A stretch of DNA of 64,000 nt from Octopus sinensis. Lineage: Eukaryota. The translations under genes and the position numbers were made by a program. This document shows, piece after piece, positions 12,191-27,119 of this stretch (position 1 is the first letter of the stretch; the number at the start of each line of letters is the position of its first letter). The stretch is from assembly GCF_006345805.1 (NCBI RefSeq), contig NW_021832602.1, positions 186,001 through 250,000 on the forward strand. The letters run 5' to 3'. Under the pieces are notes generated by a model. That model ran no database searches. It had not been told where the DNA came from and saw nothing but the letters and a program-made list of their open reading frames with translations.

Positions 12191-12727
12191 AGAGATTCAA
12201 AAGCAGATTGGAGAATCTCATGGACAAGTGGCGTCCATTTTTGGGGAAACCTCTGTTTTTGGAGAATTTTTTTTGAATAGGTGGTCATACTGTGTAGTGA
12301 TTATATAAAAATAGATAATCAATTATTTATTCTGTCAAACTAATTTTTTTAGTTTCTATTTTTTTCGGCCATTTGGGACAAGTGTAGATTATTCGGCGTG
12401 TATTTTATTCGGACTGTTACATATTATATTTTTTTACTAATGTTTTTTATTTTGAATAAAATATATTTTTTAATTCATAAATATTCAAATTGTATTGATC
12501 ATTCATGTTTGGGTTGATCGTTGGATTTATATTTCTCCAAAATATTTTGGCGCAACCTTCCATCTTAATCCCTGATATCTGCCAAGATCAAGTCGCTCCT
12601 TCGAATGACGATTTCTGTTATTTAATACCGGAATATATTTCGGAATGCCAGAGAGAAGTAAAGCGACTAGTCTGCAGCTAATTAATAAACTAATCTTAAC
12701 ATAAGACATTTTTTTCTCGGTTTAATA

Positions 12728-13285
12728 TTGGTTGTTGTTGGTTGTTGTGGTGGTGTCGTAATTTACACAATGGGGAAAGACTTGGCACCCTACCCCGTTT
12801 CTTCTTATAGCCTTGCAAATTCTTCTGACCAATCCTTCACGGATCCTTCTACCCAAATTGTCAATAACGTTAACCCTTTTCCTACTAATGTGCGCATTGC
12901 GGATTCTCACAAAATTGCAACGTGGAATTTAAGAGGATTTAGTACCGGGAAATTGGACATTGTAAAATCTGAAATGCGTCGTTTAAATATTGACTTACTT
13001 GGCATAAGAGAAGTCCACTGGAAGAACAATGCATTTCTGAAATTATCATATTTGGGGCACGTGCTTGGGAGAATGGTATAGGAAAAGAAATCCTGCTGTC
13101 TTCGTTCGCTGGAAAAAGGAAGCAGGGTAGACCGAAACTAAACTGGACATCTGAAGTAGTGAAACTTACCGGACATCATTTGTCGGAAATAGCAGAGCTG
13201 GTGGGGGATAGAGTTTCGTGTAGGGACTTGTCTTACAGAATTGCCAATGGCCGGAATCGGCTGAATATGGCTTAACTTAACTTAA
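12728..13285 (+). mobile_element. Bipartite (internally deleted) RTE/BovB-like element
   Basis: KIATWNLRG..LGIREVHW endonuclease start joined to a C-terminal GKRKQGRPK..W..DR segment, ending in a (CTTAA)n tail. Confidence 0.75.
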
Positions 13286-13756
13286 TATTTTTAAATAACT
13301 GTGACGATTATTCAAGCATCCTGTTGTGTGTTTCATTGAGAAATCGAATTGTCTTTTACAAATAGTATCACATAAAAACCCTTAATCTGCGTAATGTTAT
13401 GTGGAAGTGCTAAATATATGCCATTCAAAATGAGGATGAACTTCCTAGTTGAATGCATCCGTATCACGTGACTATTTGTCCGGTTTCTACCATGGTCTTG
13501 GCGTTTGAATAAATAAAATAAATGACAATTAATTGTTGATTCGTGGATATGCGTGTTCTATGTGGCTTAACTATTCCACTTTTATGACTTTTCACAGTCT
13601 ACTTAATATTTGAAAGAACATATTTTCTTATCCAAGCCGTACGACAATATTCTTCTTACATTTTCACCAATGAAACTGAATTATAATTCTGATAAAGATT
13701 GTCTACTATTTATTAAGCAATTTTAAATGAGGACATCAAATATAATATGGCACATT

Positions 13757-15500
<1,744 letters not shown>

Positions 15501-16019
15501 TCTAAAGATAAGAATTTTGCAAATGCTACACGTCAATCGATTGCTTTTTATATACGAAATTTAAATTAATATTTAATGTAGATTTCTCTTATTCAATAAA
15601 ATAATAAAATAAATTCAAAAAAAATATATTTAATGTTAATTTCTATATTAAGAATCATATCGAATAACAATATTTTTTTGTCTAGAAAGAAGCTCAATAT
15701 ATTGAGATTGAATATTAACGGAGTTACTTTTGAACATTAGGGAAGGCTGAGAGAACTGAGAAAGGCTGGAGTTTTGTTATTTTTCGATATGACCGTGGTT
15801 TTCTGATTCAATAAAATAAAATAAGTCAGAAGTCGGCACTTTGCGGCTTTCAGCCACTTGATTGTGACTCCCGATGGACATAATAAATAACATTGAATGC
15901 TTTTTTATTATATGTTCAATTGGTTGCATAATTTCTCTGTGTTTTAGTTGATATTGTTAAAATATTTTTCAAAAATTTTTTACTTTTTTTAGCAACCTTT
16001 ACGTTTTTTCCGCAAATCT

Positions 16020-16260
16020 AACTGCCTTGAACAAGGTTGATGACGGCCGATTGCAGCGAAACTTTTTTAAAGATTGTCCTGATTAAGTAAAATGCTGATG
16101 GTACGACAACTCGGGTTAGTGTCAAATATGCCTATGAAGCAACAGAGAATGGAGTTTGTCAAATAGTTAAGAAGACTTTAAGGATTCCTGTGTGAAACTG
16201 GATTTTCAGAATGCCCTTAATCTCATTCGACGTGATCATCGCCTGAATGTACTCATTTTC
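16020..16260 (+). mobile_element. CRE RT fragment
   Basis: RPIA..VKLDFQNALNLIRRD. Confidence 0.6.
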
Positions 16261-17495
16261 GCTGTCCGGTTTTATACTTACTTGTACGATTGGCCTACTA
16301 CTCGTAAATTCACGTAATCTATTTCCAGAAAATCATCCTGTTTGAGTCCGGTATTCAGCAGGTTTATCCGGTAGGCCTTTTTTATTCTCGCATATGGTTA
16401 ACCAAACGCCCGTAATCTATCCATAAAGTTCAAGTTATCGATAGCGTCGCTCTGAACAGTCCATTCCAAGTGATCATGGCTGATGTCTTCCACATTATTT
16501 CTCGTTTCTCTGATATCAGACTCAATGGGTCGATTGCGAGATTATCCGCTTATCTGCTGATCGGGAATACTGTCCTTGCTGAACAAAGATATTAAGAAAC
16601 ACCCCTCCTGATGATTTGGTTATTCGACCCCAGACAAAGATGTGGCCTCTGCTCTCGAGGCTAACCTACACGCCTACCCAAGCTGAAGTTCCGTTCTTTT
16701 TAAAAAATTTTATATTCATTCCAAACTTACTTGTTTTCTCTGGTCGTCTCCTCCTTTCTACCAAAGTGAGAGGTTCTTGAAAGCCATCAAGCCAAGGATG
16801 ATCAACGTCAGTTTGCAAATCTAAATGCGGGCTGTCAACCTGAATCCCCGGTGACTGGCAAAAGGAGTTACCTTTGTGGTGGTTACCTGCGCTGAGACTT
16901 TAGCCCACTTTCCTGATTTTTTCAGTAGCGACTCCGGACCATGCTTTGTTCAGGGCAGAGTATTCGAAAATCAAAAAGTATGCTTTTAAATGATCCCCTG
17001 CCTTTGAAACCAGTAACGTCATTAATAAGCATGTACGTGCACTCCTTCAGAGCTCGTTTGACCGTCACGAGACGAGCTGACTATTCAAAAAGATCTTTTT
17101 TGCTATCATCCGAAGCAATTTTCTGTCAATCTAAATTGGTTCTAATTTTGTGTCTGAGTTTTTTATTTAATATCAAAAAATAAAAAAATTTCTTCATGTA
17201 TATTAAATCAATATATCAATAGAAAACTATCAAACAAGAAAAAGTAACATCTTAAAAATTTGCTGAAAATTACCTAATCCAACATGATAGCGGCAAAATG
17301 TAATTTCTAAATTGAAACTATAAGCAAAAGGAAAAATATTATTTTTTTAAGAATGGATCAGATTTTCAGTCAATCACAGCTGCTAGTTTTATAGAATCAA
17401 TAATATTAAAAATTCTATTTATCCCAAAAAACCATATGGCACTATCCTCTAACAATGTACTTAAAAATGACAAACAATTATTTTAAAGATTTATT

Positions 17496-18377
17496 TTATT
17501 CAAACTGGCCAGCAATGACCATAAACAGTACGCCAGCAAAAACAGCAATAATAAGACTCAGTGAATGCTTGAAAGAATCACTGGTCAATTGACCAAGCAT
17601 TCCCACACTGCCCATGTAAACAAATCCTCCAGCAGTAAAAGGAATGAGCTTTTCCCCAATTGACGAACTCAGATGTCCCACCATTAGAGATAATACTGTT
17701 CCTAAAACTGACCCTATTGCAGTTACTAGCTGGAGAAGGATTGCCTAGCCAATCTTCAAACAACTACTATACCTGCTTACGAGAACAATTAGAACTCAAA
17801 AGTAAAGCAAAGTCACCTATTTCATGAGGAATCTCGTGACAAAGAATAGCCAGGGATGTACTCACTCCCATTGAAGTACTGTGGAGGAAGGAGGAGCCAA
17901 TTGCCAGCCCGTCCGTTACGTTGTGAGCAAAATCGCCAACAAAGCTCAAATAGCCCTGGGGACTCATCTGCCCCTTTTTTGCTTTTTGGTGAACTTTGGA
18001 CTTTCGAGACCGTTTATGATTGATATCTTCTGCAGAGGAAGACTCGTGTTCTTTTTGGTGGGGACAAGAAGGTAGAAAAATATTTAGCATTTTTTCGAGG
18101 GTAAAAAAAGAGTAGAAGCCCAAAATAACAACCATGCCATAATGGGAATTTCCCCTTAGATAGGAATGCGGTAGGAGATGCATGAATGCGTCGGCTATTA
18201 AACTGCCAGAAGCAAAAGACAGCATAATCTAAAACATGTAAGATGACTGTTTTATACTTGGAGAGACTTTTTATGTCTTGGAGTATTGTCCACAGTAATA
18301 AAAAACAGGACAAGCGCAGGCAGTACGCCTATCAAAACACTTGCGAGTATGGCCTGCCAAAATGGATCACAAAACAT
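17496..18377 (-). CDS. LIV-1-type ZIP zinc transporter (SLC39A7/A13-like), about 274 aa, 2 introns (29 and 28 nt)
   Basis: [19 protein letters not shown]; [10 protein letters not shown]; [11 protein letters not shown]; [11 protein letters not shown]. Confidence 0.93.
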
Positions 18378-18671
18378 CAATAATAACAACGATTTTTTAA
18401 CTTTAATCTTTTGATGAATGAGAATGAATTAAAATTCAATAATTAAGTAATAATTAATTAAAATTCAATATTTTATGATGTAAGTGTCTTAAGAATTAAT
18501 CCATGATGGAGAGAAACTCGAATAAAACTTTGGCTAGGTGTTACTGGCTACTCATCTCTAAAGTAAGCCTAGTAAAAGTTGCCTACTTAAAAAGTCGTCA
18601 ATTAAATAAAATATTTAAAAAAATGTAAATAGTTTTTAAATCAATTTTATACAATTAAATTATTATTTCAA
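18378..18671. promoter_or_regulatory. Divergent (bidirectional) promoter interval between ZIP and RAD51D
   Basis: Head-to-head start codons are 294 bp apart; regulatory role is inferred from geometry only. Confidence 0.45.
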
Positions 18672-19695
18672 ATGCTGCAATGTGAGGACGATATTTCTCG
18701 ACACAATCGAATTTTATTTCAATTAAAAAAACACGGCTTTGGAAGCATATCCAGATTTGTATCAAACGACATTGAGAAAATAGCTCAAATCAGTTCCATA
18801 CCCTACAAAGTATATGAACCCACATCTACCAACAGGATGTGCTTTGGTACTCCCAATACACCCTCTCCTCCCATCCCTTAGTTATTTTAAACGGCGACCA
18901 ATTGTATGACTGGGAAATGAACAACACGACATTCATTTCCTCAGGAGTTACCAAGTAATGTCTTACCTAAGTACACAGAATTGACGACCTATTGGAGGGT
19001 GGGTTTATCACTGGGGAATTGGTAGAGTTCTGTGGTGAAAGCTTAGCTGGGAAATCACTAGTAAGTCATAGCAATAAAAAATAGTTATGCCTCAGTGTTA
19101 TTGCCACGTTTGTATCCACCACAACTGACACTCGTGTGCTTTACATTCAAAATAGAAATCATTTCAGTGTACTCACTCTACTTGGGTTATTGAATAAGAC
19201 GGACAGTGAAATAGACGTATTTTAGGTGTCTTTACTGTAGACTAGGCAAGAGATTTTACGGAGGATTGAGGTGTTGACTCTTTTTACAGGAGAAGACCTT
19301 CTTCTGTGTATTCAACGACTTATTCGAGCCACAAAGAGATATTCCATGATCATTGTGGATTCAGTTGTTCCCTTTCATGCAAGTTTTTCACGGAGAATTG
19401 TGGAATTGGGGGATTCGCTCAAGTATTTGGCCTCAGTGACGGCGAGTCTGATAATCGTTGATGTGTTATGGACTGACCTCAGTGTACAAATGGACTGGTT
19501 CGATTCGATGGACGAGAATGGCCGGCCTTGGGAAATCGGTGGAGTTGTGTGCCCCATCATCGTCTGATTATTCGCCGTCGTGTGGATCAAGAGAGAGTAT
19601 GTTGTATCAGTAAGAGTACTCGACTGGTATGTGTCGATGTCTCTACGTAGAAATGTGGGAGGGAGTGCACCTACTCTATTCAACTTTCCATATAA
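18672..19695 (+). CDS. RAD51D: RAD51 paralog, RAD51D-like (about 291 aa, 6 introns of 24-26 nt)
   Basis: IDDLLEGGFITGELVEFCGESLAGKS Walker A; MIIVDSV Walker B; TNGLVR..PALGNRWSCVPHHRL..SKSTRL C-terminus typical of RAD51D. Confidence 0.85.
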
Positions 19696-20249
19696 TTCAA
19701 CAGTTTTTATATCAAGAGATTTTATTATTCTAACTTAATTTATTTTCTGTTCTCCGGCTGGGTGTTGCCTCTTAAATGTGGCCCTAAGTTTGTGGCACGT
19801 TGTCTAGAATCTGTTGGAAACCCCCTTTGTTTAAAAAACAAAATTATTTTTTTTACCTTGCTGTGGTAAGACCCACTTTTTTTGGTAAGTATCATATTGA
19901 GAGTCAATGAGAAAAGTGACACATTTGGAATACAGGTCTTCCCTCTATTGCTCGCCATTTTTGGGACCAAGCCAAAATTGTCGACTAAGAGAATTTGTCG
20001 AGTAATCAATATCCTATATTTTATCAAAAATGATTTTCTATAATTTTTAACTACCTATTTGAGTGATTTTAAACATTTAAATAAATATCTGAAACATTTG
20101 TTAAAAAACCAAGATTTCAGGTAAAGTAATCATTAATAGGTTTTTTACTGATATTTTCTCTATATTTTTTGCATTTTTATTAAACTTTCAAACATATTCA
20201 CGTTAAAATGATCACCATGTAAAAAATATTTTTTGAGGTCCGAAACACT

Positions 20250-20889
20250 TTTTATCGCGTCTCGATGTGTAGTACTGTATATCCCAATTCACAACGAAAA
20301 ATTCTTAGTTTTATATTGTGCCTTTTTTGAACTGTTTAAGCCATCCTTTACTGAATTTAAATTCGGAGAGACCGTTTAACGCAGCAAATTCAGCTTCTTT
20401 AGATAAAATTATCTCATCGTTGAGGCAAACTCGAATAGATTCCATGTAATCTATCCAGGTAATGATTTCAGAATCAATTGATGAATATCTGAGTTTCGAA
20501 AAACGAAAACTTCTCCCATAAATTGGATTAATTCCAAGAATCTTCTATTTGTTCAATTTAAGATCGTTAATTGCACGTCTCGAAATTGATTTTTTGAAAC
20601 GCGACGAAAAAATTTCTGAAACACGACTTAAACTAAAAAAGAGTTATCAATAAGATAATTTATAATTTCTTTTTTTTGATTATAAGATAATCTAAAACAC
20701 TTCCTCATGTTACACAAAAAGATACGCGATATTTGAAAAATTATTTTTTTAATAATAAATTCTAATTTTTGTAATAAAAAAACGTGACGAGTAAGAGAAT
20801 TTGGCGAGCAATGGAATTTCCTTAGTAAATTGGCAGTTTTTCAAAAAAGTGGCGAGTTATAGACATGGCGTGCAATAGAGGTTAAACTG
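20250..20889 (-). mobile_element. pogo/Tigger-like transposon 5' part
   Basis: TA|CAGTTTAACCTC terminus at 20889 and CENP-B-type FKFSKGWLKQFKK motif. Confidence 0.65.
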
Positions 20890-21184
20890 TAATTAACTTT
20901 CTTGTTTTTTGAAAATTTTTTTTGTGCCTGCTCAAGTGAAAACCACAGGCCTCTGGTTTTGCGGTCCGCTAGTTTTGTTGCTGTTAGTTTATCAACAATA
21001 AGTTCCGAGATCACGTTGTCCAGTAAACGTTGAGGGGAATATAGAACTGGACACAGGTAGTCCAATCTCGATCTAAAAAAAGTGTGCCTTAAAACTTTAT
21101 TTAAAACTGTTCGTCATGGTAATAGCACAGCAAACTATTTTAATAAATAAATAAATTTATTTATTATTAATATAAATTGCGATA

Positions 21185-23149
21185 ATGACAGCGGCGAGTC
21201 CTGTTGATCGTCAATACATTCCTTTGTTGCTATTCTTTTCACTTTCCTCAGTAAAAATTCGATAATTAAAACAAAGATAATTTTATGTGGCTACTCCATG
21301 TATGTTGGTGTCCCCCAACGTCTGTTTAGTGGATTTGATAACTTTGGCAGTACATGCGGGCTTCACCAAGTCGAACAGAAATATTCCTTCTTCCTGGACT
21401 TGGCTAATCCATTTAGTTCCATAAGAAAATGTGTCTCTCAGTGTCCAGATCAGAGAATTGAGGATATTGACGAATTTCTCGATTATTCGTCAAAAAACAA
21501 TTTTGAGTTGTGCTTGAAGACTCCACCTTCAAATATCTCTACTACTCCGGCCAACTACGGTCCGGGAGGGTACTGTCCGATCTTGCCTATTTTGCAAAGC
21601 GACAATTTCCTCGGTTTTTGTACACCCAGCATTCCCGAACTACTAATGCTTAATGTTTCCACTCGAAAAAAAATTGTCAGTTTTCTCAATTTTCGAATTC
21701 CTCTGCGATTTCAACTTATTTCTGATTTTTTTGTTGGGAAAAAACTTTTTATTACATTGAACATTCTGTCCTTTCTACTCGTCGTCTTTGTGGGAGTTTT
21801 CAATCACTTTCGTGTCCATAAATTAGTACGGATTGCCTCCTGGATGTTTCCAATTTGCCATATAGGTCTTTTGTTATGTTGCGACTGTCTTAGCATCCGT
21901 GGGGTTGTATCTCTGGATATTTATCACTCATTATCTTGAAATTAGTTGGAAAATGACATATTCTGTCCCACTTTTATTAATCCAAGTCCTCTCTGCGATT
22001 ACCTCGGCTATCTTGTTTTGTCTATTTTTACTCAAACTGGTTTTGTGGTGTTCTGTTATTGTAGATTGGCATATTGAATGCTGCATATGTCACATTCCGG
22101 TGGCTCCCCTTATTCTTGGAGTTGCTTAATCACATCCAACATGTCTTAAATTCCCTCAGAGTGTCCTTCATGGTTGTATGCTTTTCTCTTTTGTCCGTAT
22201 TCGTCATATTCTTTATTTTCTGGACACTTGTTTTTATATATCTGGGATCATCAGTTGACATTATCCCACTTGCAAATGGAATTTTTTTGAACGAGATTCA
22301 GGGGACGTTGTATGGGTTTATTCACTTCATCTCATTTTTATTACTGTCCTACACTTTTTTGAACATTGGACGACTTGTAATGACTGACCTTGTTCTCAAT
22401 TGGTACTACTTAATGTTGGAATATTCACGTGTGTACTATATTTAGAGATGCGGCAGATTGGCGAGCTAATGTTAGTTCCTGTATCGGTAATATATTACGT
22501 AATCACGTTGGTTCGGCCGTAGCCGCCAGTCTCTACATAGGGCTTCAGCCTTTTTTCCGTTTTTTTGTATTTTTGATTGGAAAGTAGTAATTTTTATTTA
22601 CTTGTATAGGAAGAGGGTGTGTCACGGGCTGCAAGTTCTGGCCTATGCTCGAGGGGACGTTTTTTTCTACATGAGTAATGTTTGTAGTGTATTCTTTAGT
22701 CTCACAAAATATTGGATTTATCGATGCAGTGCGACAAGTGAGCCACCCATTGATCATGATAGGCTAACTCGGTCACTTCTTCCAGCAGGATTCAATTTGC
22801 AGGCATTGCGAGTATCCTGTGCAGTTTGAATTACGTGATCGGGTCTTTCCCTTCTTCCGTGGTGCTCCTCATTACCACCCCGTTTTATAAAGTACGGTGT
22901 TCCCTCTATTAGTACTATTACTTTGACTCGAACTACATATACACTCCGGTCTTCTTTGTCGTCATATTCTCTTATTTTATGTTCATGTCTTTCGCTTTGG
23001 CAGTTCAAGTGAGGTTGTTTGATGATTGATAGGTCGTTGGTGATGTCCTTTTAGCCGCAGCAGTCCTCGATGCTCATTTTGGATCTGGTCCGTCTTACCA
23101 TCGTCATGTTAAAGTCGATCTTATGGTTTCTTCTTATAAAACAACCTAA
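21185..23149 (+). CDS. Choline transporter-like protein (SLC44/CTL family), about 577 aa, at least 9 introns of 21-31 nt
   Basis: RLFSGFDNFGSTCG..KCVSQCP ectodomain; RNHVGS (RYHLGS-like); multiple transmembrane segments; C-terminal VVGDVLL..SGPSY. The 3' end is uncertain (could extend to 23255). Confidence 0.85.
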
Positions 23150-25926
23150 GGAATGTCTGGCTAAACTCAGCGGATCCATAAAGTTGAGACACACCGGTAA
23201 TCCAGAATCTGTCCCTCGATTGCTCAGTAACACTCCTGCATCTCTCACTTTCTGATGTTATGTGTTTTTTTTTCATTTTTAAAAATATTTTCACTGTGTT
23301 GTAGTTGTGAACTAAAAGTTATTGAAACATTTTTGGATCACCTTTAAATATTTTTTATGTAGTATTTTCGTTAAAATAAGCATGTTTGCTTCTCAAACGG
23401 AGCTAAAAACAGTTATTTTGTTTTTATTCGAGAATTAAAACAGGAAATTCAGATAGTTCCGTTTTCTACTGATAATCCCAATTTAACGTCTTAAGATTAA
23501 AATATAAAAATAAAATCATGCTTGATGTTTCACATTATGTCATATGGGCGACGCTTTTATACCCATAGAGAGCGTTTTACATTTTTGACCTTTAAAATGT
23601 CTTTTAATTATCGGACATTTTTAATGCTTTATTTTGCTTTTCCTGTATTCTTAAAATTTCCAAAACGTTATATTGAACATGGATTTTTAATCGGGTATTT
23701 AAACTTAAATTAAAAAGGTTTTTCTCGGTTTTCAAAGTGGGATTGACCAGAAGCATTTTATTTGTGGCATTTTTTTATTTTCGAGCAATAACTTAGAAAT
23801 CGAAAACAAAACAGAATTTTTCATAGAAAAGAATTCAATATTTGTTCATTGCTGCAAAAGATATTTTCTAGTTCTTTACTTGGAGCACCTTCTCTTTGAT
23901 TTCAATTTGCAAGCATTAAAAATTATATCTGCATATTTTTTCCTTAGTTCAATGGTAGTCACTCAATCGCAGAAGTTAGCTGACCTGAGCAGCAGGTTGA
24001 TTACTCAACACATTCTAGATGCGTGACAAATACCCAAAAAGTCTAAATTTGTATTTTTTTAATATTATTTGTGTTGGGAGGAGTTGGCTATTAGTTACGA
24101 CATGTTCTTTGAGGACTTTAATACTCAACAAAAAGAGAATGATATATTAATAATAAACTAATTCTATTAATAAAGTGATGTAGTAGATGAGTTTATAAGA
24201 GAGAGTGACGAAAAAACGAAATTAGAGACGAGTGAAGTAAATTTTAACAAGATGAGAACAACTTCCACCTTTGCTAGTGGATATAGACGTGTGTGTGAGT
24301 GATGTTGAAGTCCGTAAGAAGACGGCAAAGTCAAACTTAAACTATTTTTGCCCTGATGACACCGTAGAGAGGTCCCCCCTGTGCGCATTGCAAACATTAA
24401 AGCAATTACCACTCATCACTCCCAGTTTTAAAATTTATTAATCATATATTATTTATTAATAATACATGTACACAAACTACTGGTTATATATTACACTTGA
24501 TTCCGTAGGGGCTCCTGATTCGACTGATTGCCCACACAAGAACGCAGACCTGACCTACGAGTGATATTTCTCGGGCACGCCTACTAATCCTCAATTGATA
24601 GTTGTAATAGAATAAGCAATATAGCACAGTTAGCCACATATCCCAACATCAATGAAATATTCCTCCGCAATAATTAAATATCCGACCTTGCTCAAATTTG
24701 TCACCTAAGAGGACTCCCCAATCTCAAGAAGTTATATTCCCCTGCTTACTCAAGGCATCCCCTGTGACGAGGAAAGGCTATATCGGGTCAATGTGATACG
24801 TAATCTACTTTCCCTTGTTTGACTGGACGATATAAGTAATTCTCCACCACATTGAGAAATTGATCCATTGGTGATCAAGAATGAGGTCTTCGAGGAGCCG
24901 GTCATGGGGGAGACAAGAAGTAGCGAGGAGGTGATGGAGATAGTGCTACTTTTATTATTTTTACACACTCTCTGCAATATTTTCTGCGGAGACAGATTTC
25001 CCCTTATGAACTGAACATTTTGATAGATAAAATAAATAATCTGTGACTTTATTTATAATATACTAGCTCGGCAGCTCGCTTCGCTCACCGCGACCTAGCT
25101 CCTGCGGAGGGCCTGTTTCATCAAACAACTATAAGTTTATGTAGATGTATAAAACTACCTGGTTAATGTAACCCTATTCTATCGCCTGTTGATAAACGAT
25201 GTTGTCGTCCGTCCTTCCTGGCATATATGAATAAATTTTCTCTTCTGCCTACCCTCGAGCATCCCACATACAGCTGTCCATGTGAAAAGCACTCATTCTC
25301 TAAAAATAACCCAACTACCTTTAATGAGTGTCACTGGGCCTTGTTTATTGTCATTGCAAAACTCATCCTCAAGGAAATTGCAGCCTTTTAAATCTAAATG
25401 GTAATTCATCAGAAATTATCGGAATTCGTGGAATAATAAACATCCTCACCTCTATACTTACCTGTTAATATCGTCGCCTCTATTACGTTAGCCATTAAAT
25501 TTTTGATAACTAACCTCGTTCCGTTGCATAATTTAGGTGCGCAAGATTTCGTAATAAAACCACTGGCGGAAATGGGGCAGGCAGAGTAGCAGCAGCCAAA
25601 AAAGCGACACACAAAAAGATTTAATTAATTACCTTAAGGTGCCCGTTTTTCTTCAGCTTCGTTTTTCTTCCTTCGGTTATCTATTTAAAAAATTATTTTT
25701 GAATAATAAAAAATATTAGGAAAAAAGAGGCATACAGAAAATAAATTCTATCTTTACGAAAAACTTATTTTCTTAAGGTCGTCTTCCCTCCTTCGGTTAT
25801 CTATTGAAAAATTATTTTTGAATAATAAAAAAGTTTAGGAAAAGAGACATACCGAAAATAAATTCTATCTTTACGAAAAACTTAACTAAATAGTGAATTT
25901 TTACGCAAATTCTTCAGATTGCGCTG

Positions 25927-26236
25927 TCAATTGGTGGTAAATTGTGTTAATGATTGTCTTTTTTGCTAATGTGTTCAACTATCAAAGTGTTTTTCAAAAT
26001 CTGTTAATTGCACACTCTATTCAAGGTCGTGCGTCAATGGTGGTAAATTGTGTTAATGATTGTGCTAATGTGGTTTCAACTATCAAAGTGTTTTTCAAAA
26101 TCTGTTAATTGCACACTCTATTCAAGGTCGTGCGTCAATTGGTGGTAAATTGTGTTAATGATTGTGCTAATGTGGTTTCAACTATCAAAGTGGTTTTTCA
26201 AAATCTGTTAATTGCACACTCTATTCAAAGTCGTGC
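25927..26236. repeat. Three tandem copies of an about 103-bp segment
   Basis: ..TCAATTGGTGGTAAATTGTGTTAATGATTGT..GCACACTCTATTCAAGGTCGTGC repeated three times; single copy at about 4620-4725. Confidence 0.9.
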
Positions 26237-26444
26237 AATCTGTGATTGCACATTCTGTCAAGTCAAATTGATAATAGCTTTAATTTTGATTCATGGTCGA
26301 TAATGATATATGCATTTAATTTTAAAGATAAAAACATAGGATGAATTGAATTTCTTTATCGCGAATAATTGGGAGTTCATCATTGTTAATATTCTCGCTG
26401 TCTTTTTATCAAGGATATTCTTAATACGTGAGATTTTTGCCTGG

Positions 26445-27050
26445 AAGGTTTTAATGGACCTCATCATGAATGTCGAGGACATTCGCGTTGTTCATTTTAA
26501 CCAAAATGCAGAAATTTTTTTTTAATTTTTTTTAGGGGGAAGGTTTTATAGACTCATCATGTAAGTCGAGGACATCGTAGTTGTTCATTTTAACCAAAAT
26601 GCAGAAAATTTTTTTTTAATTTTTTTTGGAGGGAAGGTTTTAAGGACCTCATCATGTAAGTCGAGGACATCGTAGTTGTTCATTTTAACCAAAATGCAGA
26701 AAATTTTTTTTTAATTTTTTTGGGGGGAAGGTTTTAAGGACCTCATCATGTAAGTCGAGGACATCGTAGTTGTTCATTTTAACCAAAATGCAGAAAATTT
26801 TTTTTTAATTTTTTTGGGGGGAAGGTTTTAAGGACCTCATCATGTAAGTCGAGGATATCGTAGTTGTTCATTTTACAAAATGCAGAAAATTTTTTTTTAA
26901 TTTTTTTTGGGGGGGGAAGGTTTTAAGGACCTCATCATGTAAGTCGAGGACATCGTAGTTGTTCATTTTGACCAAAATGCAGAAAAATTTTTTTTAATTT
27001 TTTTTGGGGGGAAGGTTTTAAGGACCTCATCATGTAAGTCGAGGACATCG
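26445..27050 (-). repeat. Tandem array of about 95-bp units (6 full copies plus a partial) in Helitron copy 2
   Basis: Same unit as 3642-4420, reverse-complemented. Confidence 0.95.
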
Positions 27051-27069
27051 TATTGCCAATTTGAAGTTG

Positions 27070-27119
27070 GTGTGCACACACAGACAGACAGAACGACAGA
27101 CAGACAGACAGACACACAC
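27070..27119. repeat. (CAGA)n/(CA)n microsatellite near the Helitron 5' end
   Basis: cacacacagacagacagaacgacagacagacagacagacacaca. Confidence 0.9.

Noticed and set aside
16260-17200. Moderately GC-rich stretch upstream of SRP54, as a possible gene or NeSL-like RT
   Set aside because: No convincing motif or splice-consistent frame; probably decayed TE, left unassigned.
24100-25000. Possible small genes on both strands next to Helitron 2
   Set aside because: Exon-like composition, but I could not build a consistent model or recognise a product.
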